A stretch of 64,000 nucleotides of DNA, taken from IMG/VR virus record IMGVR_UViG_3300042516_003202; one strand, 5' to 3'. This DNA comes from a virus. Below, one piece after another: positions 1-11,400 of this stretch (positions are counted from its first letter, which is position 1; each line of letters opens with the position of its first letter). The notes under the pieces are model-generated. The model searched no databases. It was not told the DNA's origin and saw nothing but the letters and a program-made list of their open reading frames with translations. The translations under genes were made by a program, and so were the position numbers.

Positions 1-3000
1 TCCATCCCCATTAAGATCATTTAAATTATTATATCCGGGGAAAAGTTCATAAGACTGATCTGTTCCTGTTGAATTTGCTCTAATTAATTTATATAAAACT
101 CTAAAATTACTACTTGAAGATCTATAAGTGTTTGTTATAACTTTAAGTGAAGTTGCTGGTTTTACTAAATTTATTTGTTTAGAAATGTAAACTGATGCGT
201 GAGGATCATTTACTAGATTATTTGACCTTGGATCAGAAGAATAATTTGTAATTGGGGAATTTAATCTATTTCTAATTAGAGCAACTGATGTGGACTCTGT
301 TAAATCAATCACTGGAGATAAATTTACATCCGAAGATTGTAAATTTATTCCTATGGTTAATGATTTTGATCTAGGTATAAATTGAAGATTTCTAGTTTCG
401 TTAATTTTTGATGCTACTAACCTAGGTGTATTGAAATTGTTTTTGGAATTTAAAGAGATTTCAGAATAACCTTGATCTAAGAATGATGCCTCAGATCCTC
501 CTCCACTAGTACCGGAAATAGTTCTAATTAAGGAAGAAATTGATGTTCTGTCTGGAGAAATTATATTAAATTTAGGTATTATTGAATTAAATTGATAGTT
601 TTGAGTAGCTTTACAATTTCCTCCGCCAAAAGTTTTTTCATTTGCAAATATTGCATTTACATTGTCATATTGCCCAAATTGTAAATAATAATTATCAGCA
701 TCTCTTAGGGAAGATAATAATGAGGAATTTGATGGAAGGACGTGATTTGCGTTTATCCTAATTAAAGAAACATTATTAGATTCGTATTTGTATACTAATG
801 ATCCAGGATCGTGATTTCTGCTAGCAGAATTGTTGATTCCTCTACTTAAAATTGATAATGAACCACTGTTTACCGCATAATAAGAAATAATTTCATTATT
901 AATTAGAACATAACCAGTGTTAATACCAGAAACAACTCTTCCCTCAAACGTTGTAAAGTTTGATGTATTGGCTATTGATATAACTGTGCTTGATGAAACT
1001 AAAGATGATTGTAAAGGTTCTGGTGTTGTGTCTGGAGATACGCCACTTATTATAACCATATTGTTATTTGCGTGCATTCCATGACTATAATGATTAACTT
1101 TGAAAACATTTCCTGTATATAAATCACTAGGAACATATGCTGGATTTCTTGTAGAAGTTCCAGCCAATGAAACTAAAGTGGTATTATCATAGTATGATAA
1201 CCCTGTTCCACTGGCAAATTCTTGCATATAAACATTCTTTAAATATAAAGTATCAATATTTGCTCTTGCGGAAACTGATAATGTAGCATTTGATCCTTTT
1301 CCAATGTAACTGGTTGTTATTCCCAGCATATCACCTAAAGCATATCCTTCTCCACTACTTGCTATAGAAACATTTGATATTTTTCCACCAGAAATAGTTA
1401 TATTTGCAGAAGCACTTACTACATTTGGACCATATCCTTGAATTGTATATAACGGAACATTAGTAAAAGTACCATCAGAATATCCAGTTCCAACATTGGA
1501 TGCAGTTAAGGTCAAGATATTTCCACCAACTTGCTCAATAAATCCATAATTGCTATTTGCATTAGAAACTATCTTTCTTCCAATACTATATACATTTTGT
1601 GCAGAACTTCCATATGAAGTTGTTATTCCAATTACTAGCTTTCTCGGATATGCAGTTATCGGATTTTCGACTAATTTTTCAATGTTGCTGTCATAATCTT
1701 CTCCCAAATTATTACTTAAGTTGGGATTAACAAAATATGCGGTTCCACTAGATTGTGAAAACTGAGCTTTATAAAATTTAAATTTCAAATCTTGATATAA
1801 TGATGCAACAGGTCCAGTTCCATTATGGGATTTATATAAATGACCACCAATATATTGATTTGAATAAAATACTTGTAAAGAATTAGGATAAGTTTGCGTT
1901 TCAACAGTTGCTTTATTTGATTCTGCGGTCCAAATTTTATATTTTGAGGATGATGGCGAATAAATCGCAATACAATATTGCTTATTTGGTTCTAGATATA
2001 ATGGAGAATTTAATTTTATATTAGTTGGTGTGCTTCCATTAGGTGAAGTTTTAATATTAGATGGTAAAACACTAACTCTTGCATAATCTTGAAGTAATTT
2101 TTTAGTTGGATTTCCACCAAGATCAGATTCTCTTATTTCTAACGTTAATTTCTCATCAGAATCTTTTTCTGAGAAAAATAAATCAATTGATGTTAAAAAT
2201 CCACCTGTATTATCTGTTTTGAATGTTTGTATTAATGGATGCTTATTTGCTAGTAAATCTCTAGATATTACAGGTCTTCTAACTAGAGTTCCATTATATG
2301 AATTTGGATTTCTTGACACATAGAAAGAAGTTTCACAATAACTTATTGTAGAAGATCCCTGAGATTGTAATTTAAAAGTTTTATCACCAAGTATAAATGA
2401 TGTAGATGGCATTGGATTTACATATGGGTTTCTGATATAAAAACAACCTATTAAATCCCCATAATTATCGGTTATCAACTCTTGATTTTGGACAGTTGCT
2501 TGAGCTCCACTAGTTCTTCCAACTAAAAGCATTCCATAAGGAGTATATCCGTAATATCTACCATCAGACTCATCCATTAAAGAATAAGTATCTATATTAA
2601 TTATAGTAGATGACTGTGAATATACACTAAGGACATTTGTTGGGTCATATGGATTTATTGTATACTTTTCTGTTGGATTTCCATAATAACCAAATTTGTG
2701 ATCTAAATCTGCTAATCTAAAACAAGCAACTCTATTAGATCCAACATAACCGTCAACGGTTTCTCCAGATTTAAATATTCCGGATACCATTGATATTTTT
2801 AAAAGTTTTGGGATTATATCAATATCAGATTTGCCATCAAACGATGAAAAATACTTTGTAGAAGGCAATAAATTTTTTGCAGTAAATTCAACATTTCTAG
2901 ATCTTAATTTTTCTCCAGACTCATTGCTTAGTATTAAATTTTGGAGATAAGAATTTTCCCAATCACTTTGTGTTTTTACTACAGATCCTTTAAAATTATT

Positions 3001-6000
3001 AATAGTTCTAACCCAAGAATCTGTTGATGGGCGCAATGTTAGATTTCCTGAAAAATCTGTTAGTCCAAAAGGATTTAAATTTTCTTCAGTAGTAGCAAAT
3101 GGTTGTGCTATATCTCCCCATTCAACTTCATTATAATTTAATGTAATTAAATCTCCAGTCTTTTTAACATTTGGATCAAACAAATCTATATTCGTTGAAA
3201 AATCAGCACTCTCAAAATTTATATTTTCACTTGGTAAAATTTGTGTTTTTAATGAATATAATGAAACGTCAGTAGTTAATTCATTTTTTTCACCATCAAT
3301 TGCAGATTTGGCGTCGGAATTTGAAATTTCAATAAAATTATTAGTTTTAAAATTATCAACAAAGAATCCACATTTAAATCTACTTAATCCATCTTCATCA
3401 ATTATTTGTAAAGATTTTGTATCTAATTCTAATAATGTTAAAGATGCAAATTCTTCTAAACTTTTAATTCTATCTTCTAGTTTTCCAATATCTTTCATAG
3501 TATAACGCTTATTTTCAATTTGAGTAACTTTTATGTCACTAATATTGTAAACGTATGGTGGATATTTAATTATTCCAACATCCATTGAATCATCTAAAGT
3601 CAAAGGTGGATTTGGATTTATTGCTGGATTGCCTTTTATTAATTGGAATAATCCAGTTTTTGTTAAAACTACTCTATCAATTCTTGGAACGTAGTATGAA
3701 TAACCAACCGAAGAAGTTTCATTTTGTGCAATAATTGAAGAAGGACTTAGTGCAGATAAAAAGTTTCTGGACGAAAATGCAAAAGGAGAATAACCAATAG
3801 AAGTAAATTTAGAAACTCTAGGTCTAAAATCCAATACATCACTTAGAGAAATATTTGTACTTAATTTTGGTATATCTTTTTTATATCTTTCTGAATCATA
3901 ACTATTTACGGTATAAACATCTCCACTATCAATAGAATCCACTTCATAATAATTGAATATAATTGTTAATTTTTTTGTTGGTGAACTAGTACCAACTCTT
4001 CTTTTTATTCTGGAATAATCATAATATTGTTCCCTTTGCCCACCATCTAAAGAATAATCGCCAGTTTTATTAATATATCTTCCTTCATAAATTGAAGTTA
4101 ATTGGGAAGAAACTTTAGATTCTTCAAATTTTACAACTTCTAGTGGTTGAAACTTGTTTCCATTTAAATAAACAAATTCAACTTCATTTGATGAAGATGA
4201 TATTACTTGTCCAACTGCATTACTTGTTGCACCTCTACAATACTCTCCAACAATTACAGTTGAATTTAAACTAGTTCCTGATGGGAAAATTAATCTATCA
4301 AGTTGTGCTGGATTACTATCTAAAGATTCGAAAATTCCTACTATCTTTGCAACATCTGGAACATTTAAAGATATTTCTTCATCTTCTATCCTCAATCCAT
4401 AATATGGACTAGTTGACAGACCACTAAGATTAGCAGTGATAGACGAAGAAGTTTTATCTATTATAATACTTTCACTTTTTTTATAAATTTTTGTTTTATT
4501 TCTTACTACATTTTTTATAGCAGTAACTTGAATAGTTATATTAGACTGGGATGGTCTTAATCCAGAAATAAGTAGTGTCGCTCCATTATCTGCAAATCTT
4601 ATTTTATCTGAAGAAAGAGGATCAACAACTCCATCACTGTAGAATAAAGCATATCTTTCAGGTCTATATTGAGAAAAATATGCGTTTGAAACACCAATAT
4701 CACTTGACGCGGATAAATTTAATGTTCCTGTATTTGAAGTACTTTTTCCAGTTACTTGTTTTTTTATAGTTAGGGATGCCCCACCTAAATCAACTGAAGA
4801 TATATTGGAATTGCCAAGTTTTGAATATAAGTAAGATTTGTCCTCATTTTTAATTGACGATTCGCCTAAGAAAAATGTAGAGTTAATTGTTGTTTGTGGT
4901 AAAGAACCAACACAAACATTTGTAACGTTTGAAACTGGGGCAATAGTTAAAGATAAACCGCCATTATTTACTGAAACAACCCTTGCATATGATTCTGTAG
5001 AAAAACCAGATCTTTGATATCTAATAATAGCATCACTTTTTATTCCTACAAAATTTTTCCCGGAACAAGTTACCGTGCTTATCCCAGATGCTCCTTCACT
5101 AATAGTTATTACATCAGTTATATTAAAGTTAGGTGCTATTTGTTTCTGTAAAAAAGTATCTGCAGAAAAATCAGTGCTTAGACCTAGACTGGAAGAATCT
5201 TGATAGACTGATTTAATATCTTGACTTCCGTATGTTTTTATTGAAGATACTACTCTAGTTATACCAGTATTATTGTTTATGGTAATCTGTTCATTTTGAA
5301 TAAATGTTCCAGAAACTTGAGACACTGTTAGTTCTTTTTCATTTGGAGATCCAACAACATATGCAGATGCTCCACTACTTAATCCTTTAATATATGAAGT
5401 TTCTGGGCATTCGTTAGAAGTTAATGAAGCACTTAATGTCAATACTGTATATGTTTGCACATCATACAGATATAAATTAAATCTTGAAGAAGGATCTACA
5501 TAAGCCGAATCACTTGAAGAAAATGAATATACTCTTGCTTTACCTATAGTTGTTCCAGTTCCGGAAATTGTACTTGATTTTCTATAGTTAAAAAGATCAA
5601 TAGAATAATTATTATCAATACCCACAAAAGGAGATCCTGAAACATTATTTAAGATAAGTAAATTTCCCATTTCAAATGGAACAGGAACATTCCTTAAAGA
5701 TTCGGTTGTTCTTGGTTTTTCTACATCTAATAAAACTGTTCCTGTATTTTCAACATCATAACCACCAACATATGCCTTACCTGAAGAAATTTTAACACAC
5801 AATAAATCTTCAGATGGAACATTGTTTTGATCTGTTCTTTGATTTGAAGTAAAAACTCCATTAGAATCTATTAAATTGTTAAGAGACTCTTCGACTTCTA
5901 TATTGAATGGTGCTAAGGTATAATTGCCAGATTCTTCATAAGTTCTTTTTGCTAAGAAATCTTTTATTAATGAATAATCTGTTGTTTCTTTTATTTTTTT

Positions 6001-6843
6001 GACTTGCCCATCAGTAATTCTTAGTAATTCTATAAAACTTTTATCATCATAATCACTTAAAAGTTTTTTTGATAATTTGGTTGAGATTTTAAATCTATCT
6101 GACCCTGGAGCAGAGTAGTTTGTAAATCCTTTTGCATTGTCATATAAACTAGTATCACTTTTTGCAGTAACAACTTCTTCAAAAACACTCAATCCAACTC
6201 TATAAGATGGTGAATTTGTATATTGGTCAAGTATTAAAGTGTCTTCTGCTACTGAAACAAAGTATCCTCTAATAAAATAAATTCCAGGAGAAATAGAAAC
6301 TGCTGATCCCGTGCTAGTGGAATTTGTTTCTAAAAGAGTTGCTATTGTGCTGCCTGATGTTATAGAAGTATTTCCGTAACTAAATGTCTCTTCTGTAATC
6401 AGTGTTTCCCCATCTACAAATTGAGAAGATTCAAATTGGGTATTTGCTGATAAGTATTTTACGTATAATGTAGTTACATTTTCTGTAGAGTCTATTCTTT
6501 TAACTACATTTTGAACTATTGCAGTTATTTGAGAAGTTTGACCTTTTATTTTTTTACCTACCAAACTATCTACATAAAATTCTACATCTAAACCAAGATG
6601 TACTGGATCAATTTTAACTGCATAATAATTTCTATTAAAAGAAATATTTCCAGGGATAACTACCGAACCATCTTTGAATATATTATTTCCAAAAGCAGAA
6701 ATTTGATTTTGTAATATACTCTGTAATGTTGTTAATTCTCTAGCTTGAACTGGAAATCCTGGTTTAAATAAAACTTTATAAAAATTTTTTTCTGCATCAA
6801 AATCGTCATAATAAGGGGAAACGTTTAAATCTGTTTTTTCCAT
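1..6843 (-). CDS. DUF4815-type large virion structural protein (3' end beyond window)
   Basis: ATG at 6843; manual translation MEKTDLNVSPYYDDFDAEKNFYKVLFKPGFPVQARELTTLQSILQNQI and the internal KRYTMKDIGKLEDRIKSLE are typical of T4-like cyanophage DUF4815 proteins. The frame is open to position 1, which is why the ORF track omits it. Confidence 0.9.
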   Translation of the reverse strand, partial: MEKTDLNVSPYYDDFDAEKNFYKVLFKPGFPVQARELTTLQSILQNQISAFGNNIFKDGSVVIPGNISFNRNYYAVKIDPVHLGLDVEFYVDSLVGKKIKGQTSQITAIVQNVVKRIDSTENVTTLYVKYLSANTQFESSQFVDGETLITEETFSYGNTSITSGSTIATLLETNSTSTGSAVSISPGIYFIRGYFVSVAEDTLILDQYTNSPSYRVGLSVFEEVVTAKSDTSLYDNAKGFTNYSAPGSDRFKISTKLSKKLLSDYDDKSFIELLRITDGQVKKIKETTDYSLIKDFLAKRTYEESGNYTLAPFNIEVEESLNNLIDSNGVFTSNQRTDQNNVPSEDLLCVKISSGKAYVGGYDVENTGTVLLDVEKPRTTESLRNVPVPFEMGNLLILNNVSGSPFVGIDNNYSIDLFNYRKSSTISGTGTTIGKARVYSFSSSDSAYVDPSSRFNLYLYDVQTYTVLTLSASLTSNECPETSYIKGLSSGASAYVVGSPNEKELTVSQVSGTFIQNEQITINNNTGITRVVSSIKTYGSQDIKSVYQDSSSLGLSTDFSADTFLQKQIAPNFNITDVITISEGASGISTVTCSGKNFVGIKSDAIIRYQRSGFSTESYARVVSVNNGGLSLTIAPVSNVTNVCVGSLPQTTINSTFFLGESSIKNEDKSYLYSKLGNSNISSVDLGGASLTIKKQVTGKSTSNTGTLNLSASSDIGVSNAYFSQYRPERYALFYSDGVVDPLSSDKIRFADNGATLLISGLRPSQSNITIQVTAIKNVVRNKTKIYKKSESIIIDKTSSSITANLSGLSTSPYYGLRIEDEEISLNVPDVAKIVGIFESLDSNPAQLDRLIFPSGTSLNSTVIVGEYCRGATSNAVGQVISSSSNEVEFVYLNGNKFQPLEVVKFEESKVSSQLTSIYEGRYINKTGDYSLDGGQREQYYDYSRIKRRVGTSSPTKKLTIIFNYYEVDSIDSGDVYTVNSYDSERYKKDIPKLSTNISLSDVLDFRPRVSKFTSIGYSPFAFSSRNFLSALSPSSIIAQNETSSVGYSYYVPRIDRVVLTKTGLFQLIKGNPAINPNPPLTLDDSMDVGIIKYPPYVYNISDIKVTQIENKRYTMKDIGKLEDRIKSLEEFASLTLLELDTKSLQIIDEDGLSRFKCGFFVDNFKTNNFIEISNSDAKSAIDGEKNELTTDVSLYSLKTQILPSENINFESADFSTNIDLFDPNVKKTGDLITLNYNEVEWGDIAQPFATTEENLNPFGLTDFSGNLTLRPSTDSWVRTINNFKGSVVKTQSDWENSYLQNLILSNESGEKLRSRNVEFTAKNLLPSTKYFSSFDGKSDIDIIPKLLKISMVSGIFKSGETVDGYVGSNRVACFRLADLDHKFGYYGNPTEKYTINPYDPTNVLSVYSQSSTIINIDTYSLMDESDGRYYGYTPYGMLLVGRTSGAQATVQNQELITDNYGDLIGCFYIRNPYVNPMPSTSFILGDKTFKLQSQGSSTISYCETSFYVSRNPNSYNGTLVRRPVISRDLLANKHPLIQTFKTDNTGGFLTSIDLFFSEKDSDEKLTLEIRESDLGGNPTKKLLQDYARVSVLPSNIKTSPNGSTPTNIKLNSPLYLEPNKQYCIAIYSPSSSKYKIWTAESNKATVETQTYPNSLQVFYSNQYIGGHLYKSHNGTGPVASLYQDLKFKFYKAQFSQSSGTAYFVNPNLSNNLGEDYDSNIEKLVENPITAYPRKLVIGITTSYGSSAQNVYSIGRKIVSNANSNYGFIEQVGGNILTLTASNVGTGYSDGTFTNVPLYTIQGYGPNVVSASANITISGGKISNVSIASSGEGYALGDMLGITTSYIGKGSNATLSVSARANIDTLYLKNVYMQEFASGTGLSYYDNTTLVSLAGTSTRNPAYVPSDLYTGNVFKVNHYSHGMHANNNMVIISGVSPDTTPEPLQSSLVSSSTVISIANTSNFTTFEGRVVSGINTGYVLINNEIISYYAVNSGSLSILSRGINNSASRNHDPGSLVYKYESNNVSLIRINANHVLPSNSSLLSSLRDADNYYLQFGQYDNVNAIFANEKTFGGGNCKATQNYQFNSIIPKFNIISPDRTSISSLIRTISGTSGGGSEASFLDQGYSEISLNSKNNFNTPRLVASKINETRNLQFIPRSKSLTIGINLQSSDVNLSPVIDLTESTSVALIRNRLNSPITNYSSDPRSNNLVNDPHASVYISKQINLVKPATSLKVITNTYRSSSSNFRVLYKLIRANSTGTDQSYELFPGYNNLNDLNGDG

Positions 6844-6848
6844 TTTAG

Positions 6849-8411
6849 TTAAAATTCCAGTACAATTTTAATGTCTTCTTTTTGCCTTGGACTTCTAGTT
6901 ACAAGCGGTCGGTTGTCCAAATAAATTACATCGCCAGATGATTTATTTATTTCTGGTTGAGACATTCCATTTATAAATGTTGAACCTAAATTAACAGATT
7001 TAGTTGAAGTTAAATCTGTGGTTATGCCACTGAAGTTTATATCAATAGATCCACTGAATGAATTTGATGATGTTATTACACCACCTATTGTAGAAAATCC
7101 AACTGCCTTAGATTTAAACGCAACATCTTTAGAATCTTTTTGGTCGTATGATAATGAATTATAATATAAAGATCTATCCGTAAAATATTTCAAAACATTT
7201 GTTTGTTGATCAAATGATGCAATATATCCTATTGCTGTTCCAACACCGCTTATTGTTTGATATATTGGATTTCCTGGTATTGCATCATCCGGATAAGAAA
7301 CTGAATTTGATAATAATTTTATTGCGTGTACGCCAGAGAATGTATCCCCTGAAAAAATGGAACTTGAAGATCCAGCAATGTTTGGATTTTTAAGTATACC
7401 AATTTGTGCAAATTTTGCATCTGTTGGAAAATCTTTTGTAGAATCGTCAAATCTAGCATAAAGTAAAACTCTTTCACATCCAAGTTCATTATAAATGTCA
7501 TAACCATGTCCCTTTGATGGCGGTATAATTGGTATTAAGTGTGCAAAAGAAGTTGCACTTTGATTTATTGAAGATAAGTCTACTCTTCCATAAGTGTAGT
7601 TTTTTCCTCCACTAGAAACTATCACATCATTTATTCTTCCACCAACAACATCAACTATGACTTTTGCACCTTCACCATCCCCTATAATATCCAATTCTGA
7701 GGTTGATTGTGTATATCCAGAACCTGCAGATTCTATATAAACTTTTTTAATTTGATTGGTATTTACTGATGAATCTGCACTATTTCTTATGGCAGATATA
7801 TCAGGATCAGTTGTAGTATCCCAATCAATTGGGACAGAAATATACTCTATAGAATCAAATTTTATAATATCTGAAGGACTAACTGTGAACAAATATTTCC
7901 AAACATACCCATCTCCACTTTCTCCTGCCCTAGATGGCTCTAAATCGACAAATTTTGGCTCATCTTGGGAAGGATTTCCTAGTCTGTTTGCTGAGGATGA
8001 TCCATTGTCTATGCACAAATAAACTCTATAATCGCTATTAACTACATAATAGTTCGCATCATATAATCTATATGAATTAGTTTTTCGTGATGGATTACTG
8101 ACAGAATAATCATGACGATACAGTTCATATATGGTATTTTTAGTCCAATCAACTCGTCTAATTAATCTTCTAATATTGCCAGTTGTTATTTTCTTTCCAA
8201 ATAATATAGTATCTCTAGAGTGATTTAAATAATTAAAATTGTCAATTGGAGTTGGAATTGCTTCATCCCAGGTTGAAGATCTTCCAAATCCAACTGCTGT
8301 GGGATTTGGAAGACCTAAGAATATATAATACGAATTGTTTGAATCTTTAACCGAATCTACAAAATTACCGGCATTTAATATTCGAAATTGATCAGTAACA
8401 ATTGCAGACAT
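6849..8411 (-). CDS. gp8: baseplate wedge subunit gp8-like
   Basis: 520 aa; MSAIVTDQFRILNA start, YDLYRHDY-like and DGYVWKYLF motifs, PLVTRSPRQKEDIKIVLEF end; synteny after gp7. Confidence 0.88.
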   Translation of the reverse strand: MSAIVTDQFRILNAGNFVDSVKDSNNSYYIFLGLPNPTAVGFGRSSTWDEAIPTPIDNFNYLNHSRDTILFGKKITTGNIRRLIRRVDWTKNTIYELYRHDYSVSNPSRKTNSYRLYDANYYVVNSDYRVYLCIDNGSSSANRLGNPSQDEPKFVDLEPSRAGESGDGYVWKYLFTVSPSDIIKFDSIEYISVPIDWDTTTDPDISAIRNSADSSVNTNQIKKVYIESAGSGYTQSTSELDIIGDGEGAKVIVDVVGGRINDVIVSSGGKNYTYGRVDLSSINQSATSFAHLIPIIPPSKGHGYDIYNELGCERVLLYARFDDSTKDFPTDAKFAQIGILKNPNIAGSSSSIFSGDTFSGVHAIKLLSNSVSYPDDAIPGNPIYQTISGVGTAIGYIASFDQQTNVLKYFTDRSLYYNSLSYDQKDSKDVAFKSKAVGFSTIGGVITSSNSFSGSIDINFSGITTDLTSTKSVNLGSTFINGMSQPEINKSSGDVIYLDNRPLVTRSPRQKEDIKIVLEF

Positions 8412-8430
8412 TATTATTCCTTTTTTTCTT

Positions 8431-8438
8431 TATTTATA
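8431..8438 (-). promoter_or_regulatory. T4-type late promoter TATAAATA
   Basis: exact TATAAATA 20 nt upstream of the gp8 start. Confidence 0.8.
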
Positions 8439-8440
8439 TG

Positions 8441-11400
8441 TTATAAATCAATTTTTGAAAGTGCCCCAGTTGAGCGAAGACCAAATTTTCTCCTTTGTAT
8501 TGTCGGATACGTAGTTAAACCTACTGAAGTTGTATACTCATTCAAATTCACCGAGATGGAATTAATGTTATCTGATCTTTTTAATCCACTAAATCTTCCC
8601 CAAGAAAACTCTCCCTTTTTAGTATTACCAAATGTTGAAATTCCGGTAATATTACTGTTTGACATTATATTGCATGTTATAGAACCTTGTAAATTTAAAT
8701 TAGTAATAGAATGTACGTAATAAATGTTATTGCAATATTCTGTTCCTATGGCAACTTTTTCTGTATTATTTGAATCAATAGAAGTTAATCCAGAACCAAC
8801 AGTTGTATCAAAAACATATATTGGATATCCAACTTTTAATGTATTTGGATCATAATCCTGGTCATATTTTACAAAGAATTTAATTGCAAGGTCAGTGCCT
8901 ATTCCGGAAGTTGTTGTTATACCTGTTATTATTCCCGAAAATCCGTCCACAAAAATAATATCTTTTATTATTTCCTTATTGGCAGTAGGAACTGGAGCAA
9001 TAACCTGAGGTGGATTTGTATGAGTATATCCGAATCCAGGACTTACGATATTTATTGGTGAGGTAATTGTTCCTGCGGACGAAACAGTTGCATAAATTAT
9101 TGCATTTGATCCACCCACACCAACCGAACGAGTTTTAAGTAAAATACTATTTCCAATACCAAGATATCCAGATCCACCATTAATTATTGATATTGAAGAT
9201 ATTGAAGTTGATCCGGTAGATACTACTGCACTGATGGCAGCAGACACTGGATCTTGATTTGCAATAACCAATCCATCAAACGAACGTACTTCATTGCCGA
9301 AATTATTTTCTTCATAATTAAAAAATTGAGCATCATCTACAAATATAAAATTATCCGAAGGCGTAAATGATTTAATTATTTTCGCGGTTGGGAATACTAA
9401 AGGTTCTATAGAATCTCTTTCTTTTGAATAAAATGTTTCGTTTATAATTAAATCTCTTTTTTGAGTTATTAGATTAATTGGTCTTGGATTAATTTGATCA
9501 ACACCATCACCAAGATAAATTCCAGTTTCAAAAATATCTGAAGAAAGTATATAAGAAACTAACCTTGGATCTTGACCAATAGTTTGTGGTATGAGATCAT
9601 TTTTGTTTATTTGAACAGAGTCACCAGGTTTAATAGTTTGTGTAATATCAACCTCAACACTATCTACACCTGAAGTTCCTCTATAAAAGAATATAGAAAT
9701 ATTATCAGAAGGTTTTGGTGCTTCTAAGAATGAAAATGTAGTTCCTCCGGTGAATCTATAAGAAACATCAGGTTCTTGCATAACTCCATTTATGTAAATT
9801 AATAGAACGGAATCAAAATCAATCAGAGAAGAGTCTGGATCAAGTCTATTAATTTCAAAACTTAAGAGTTCACCATTTTTGTATAATGGGAATCTAGTTC
9901 GAATTCCATCTTGTAATTGTTTAATGTTATCAATATAATCAAATTCCCCAACTTGCCACGAAGCAAAGCTATCTGCTTTAATATCAGTTACTGTAAATAA
10001 AATTGGAGTTATTGGTTTTTGCAATCCTTGTGCAGTTGTTAACCCCACAGGTTGGAATATATCTCCAAGTTCAAATCCATATCCAGATTTATTTAATTCA
10101 TAATCTGATATTCTATAGTATGTTGAATTTACCCCAACTTCTATGGATGGACTTACTGAGAAAGTTAAAGAAACGCCAATTCCGCACTTAGTAGTATTAC
10201 CTACAGAAACTTTAGAAACCCCTACAATAGGAAGCCTTTCATACGATGGATCTGGGATAGCAACATATGGATTTACATACCCACTACCACCGCTTACGAT
10301 ATTAAAAGAAGTTACAGTGCCTCCAGAACCAACAAATGCTTTTATATTTGCAGGAGTTCCGTTGTGTAAAGAGTCTGTTATACCGATTGAGATTGTATTA
10401 TAATACCCCGACCCAATAATAGGACCTATATCAAAACCAAAAGTAGTACTAAATGCAACATTATTAGTTGTTGATTTTGAAATAAAAATAGAATTAATTC
10501 CAATTGATGATACTAAAGTGTCATATTGTAAAAATCTAGTTAAGTTTGGAACTATTGGATTTACTAAATTTAAAGTTTGCTCATTCAAAATGTCAATAAC
10601 TTTTTGTCCAACAGAAATGGAAGTAGTAGTAATTCCAGTTATGACATCAGTATTAATTCCTATCATTCCAGTCGTTGCTATACCAACAACGATTGATGTT
10701 GTGAAACCTATAGATCTAATTGATCCACCAGCACCAACTTTTAAATCAATCATTGATGAAGGTATTCCAACTAAAGGTGCATAACCAAGACCTCCAGTAA
10801 ATGCCAATGAAACTAAAATACCACCTCTTGGCAATTCATTTTGATTTACATCATAGTCCACCGTAAATACATCATTTGTATTTGGTATTTTTATGCCAGT
10901 AAATGAAACACTTGATATTCCTGGAGACGAAAGTATTTCGTAATTATTTCCAGTATTATTTTGAGTGTCTGGTGTTTGGAATACATCATTGATGAAAACT
11001 AAATTATTTCCTGGTATAGCGTTTGCAACAGGAACTTCATTTTTATAAAGGGTAAATGTTCTTGCAATTCCCGTAAAATTTTGAGATATGTCATCATATA
11101 TTTGATTTCCAGTATAATCTTTTCTTAAAAATACTCTTCCATTAAATGTTGATTTTGGAGAAGGGAGGTAATTTTCACTTAATACATCATTATTGCCTTT
11201 TCCATCTGGTGCATCAGCAAACCAAATTTTATTGCCAACAATATTATATGCCCCTTTATAAAGTCTAAAGACATCTCCACTAGTATGGAAGGTTTCAGTT
11301 GAACCTAAAGATGCCCTAATAACTTGAACTAGTGGTATTGATCCAATACCAGTTATTGGTCCCTTAACTGTGGTTCCAAATCCAACATTTATAACATTTA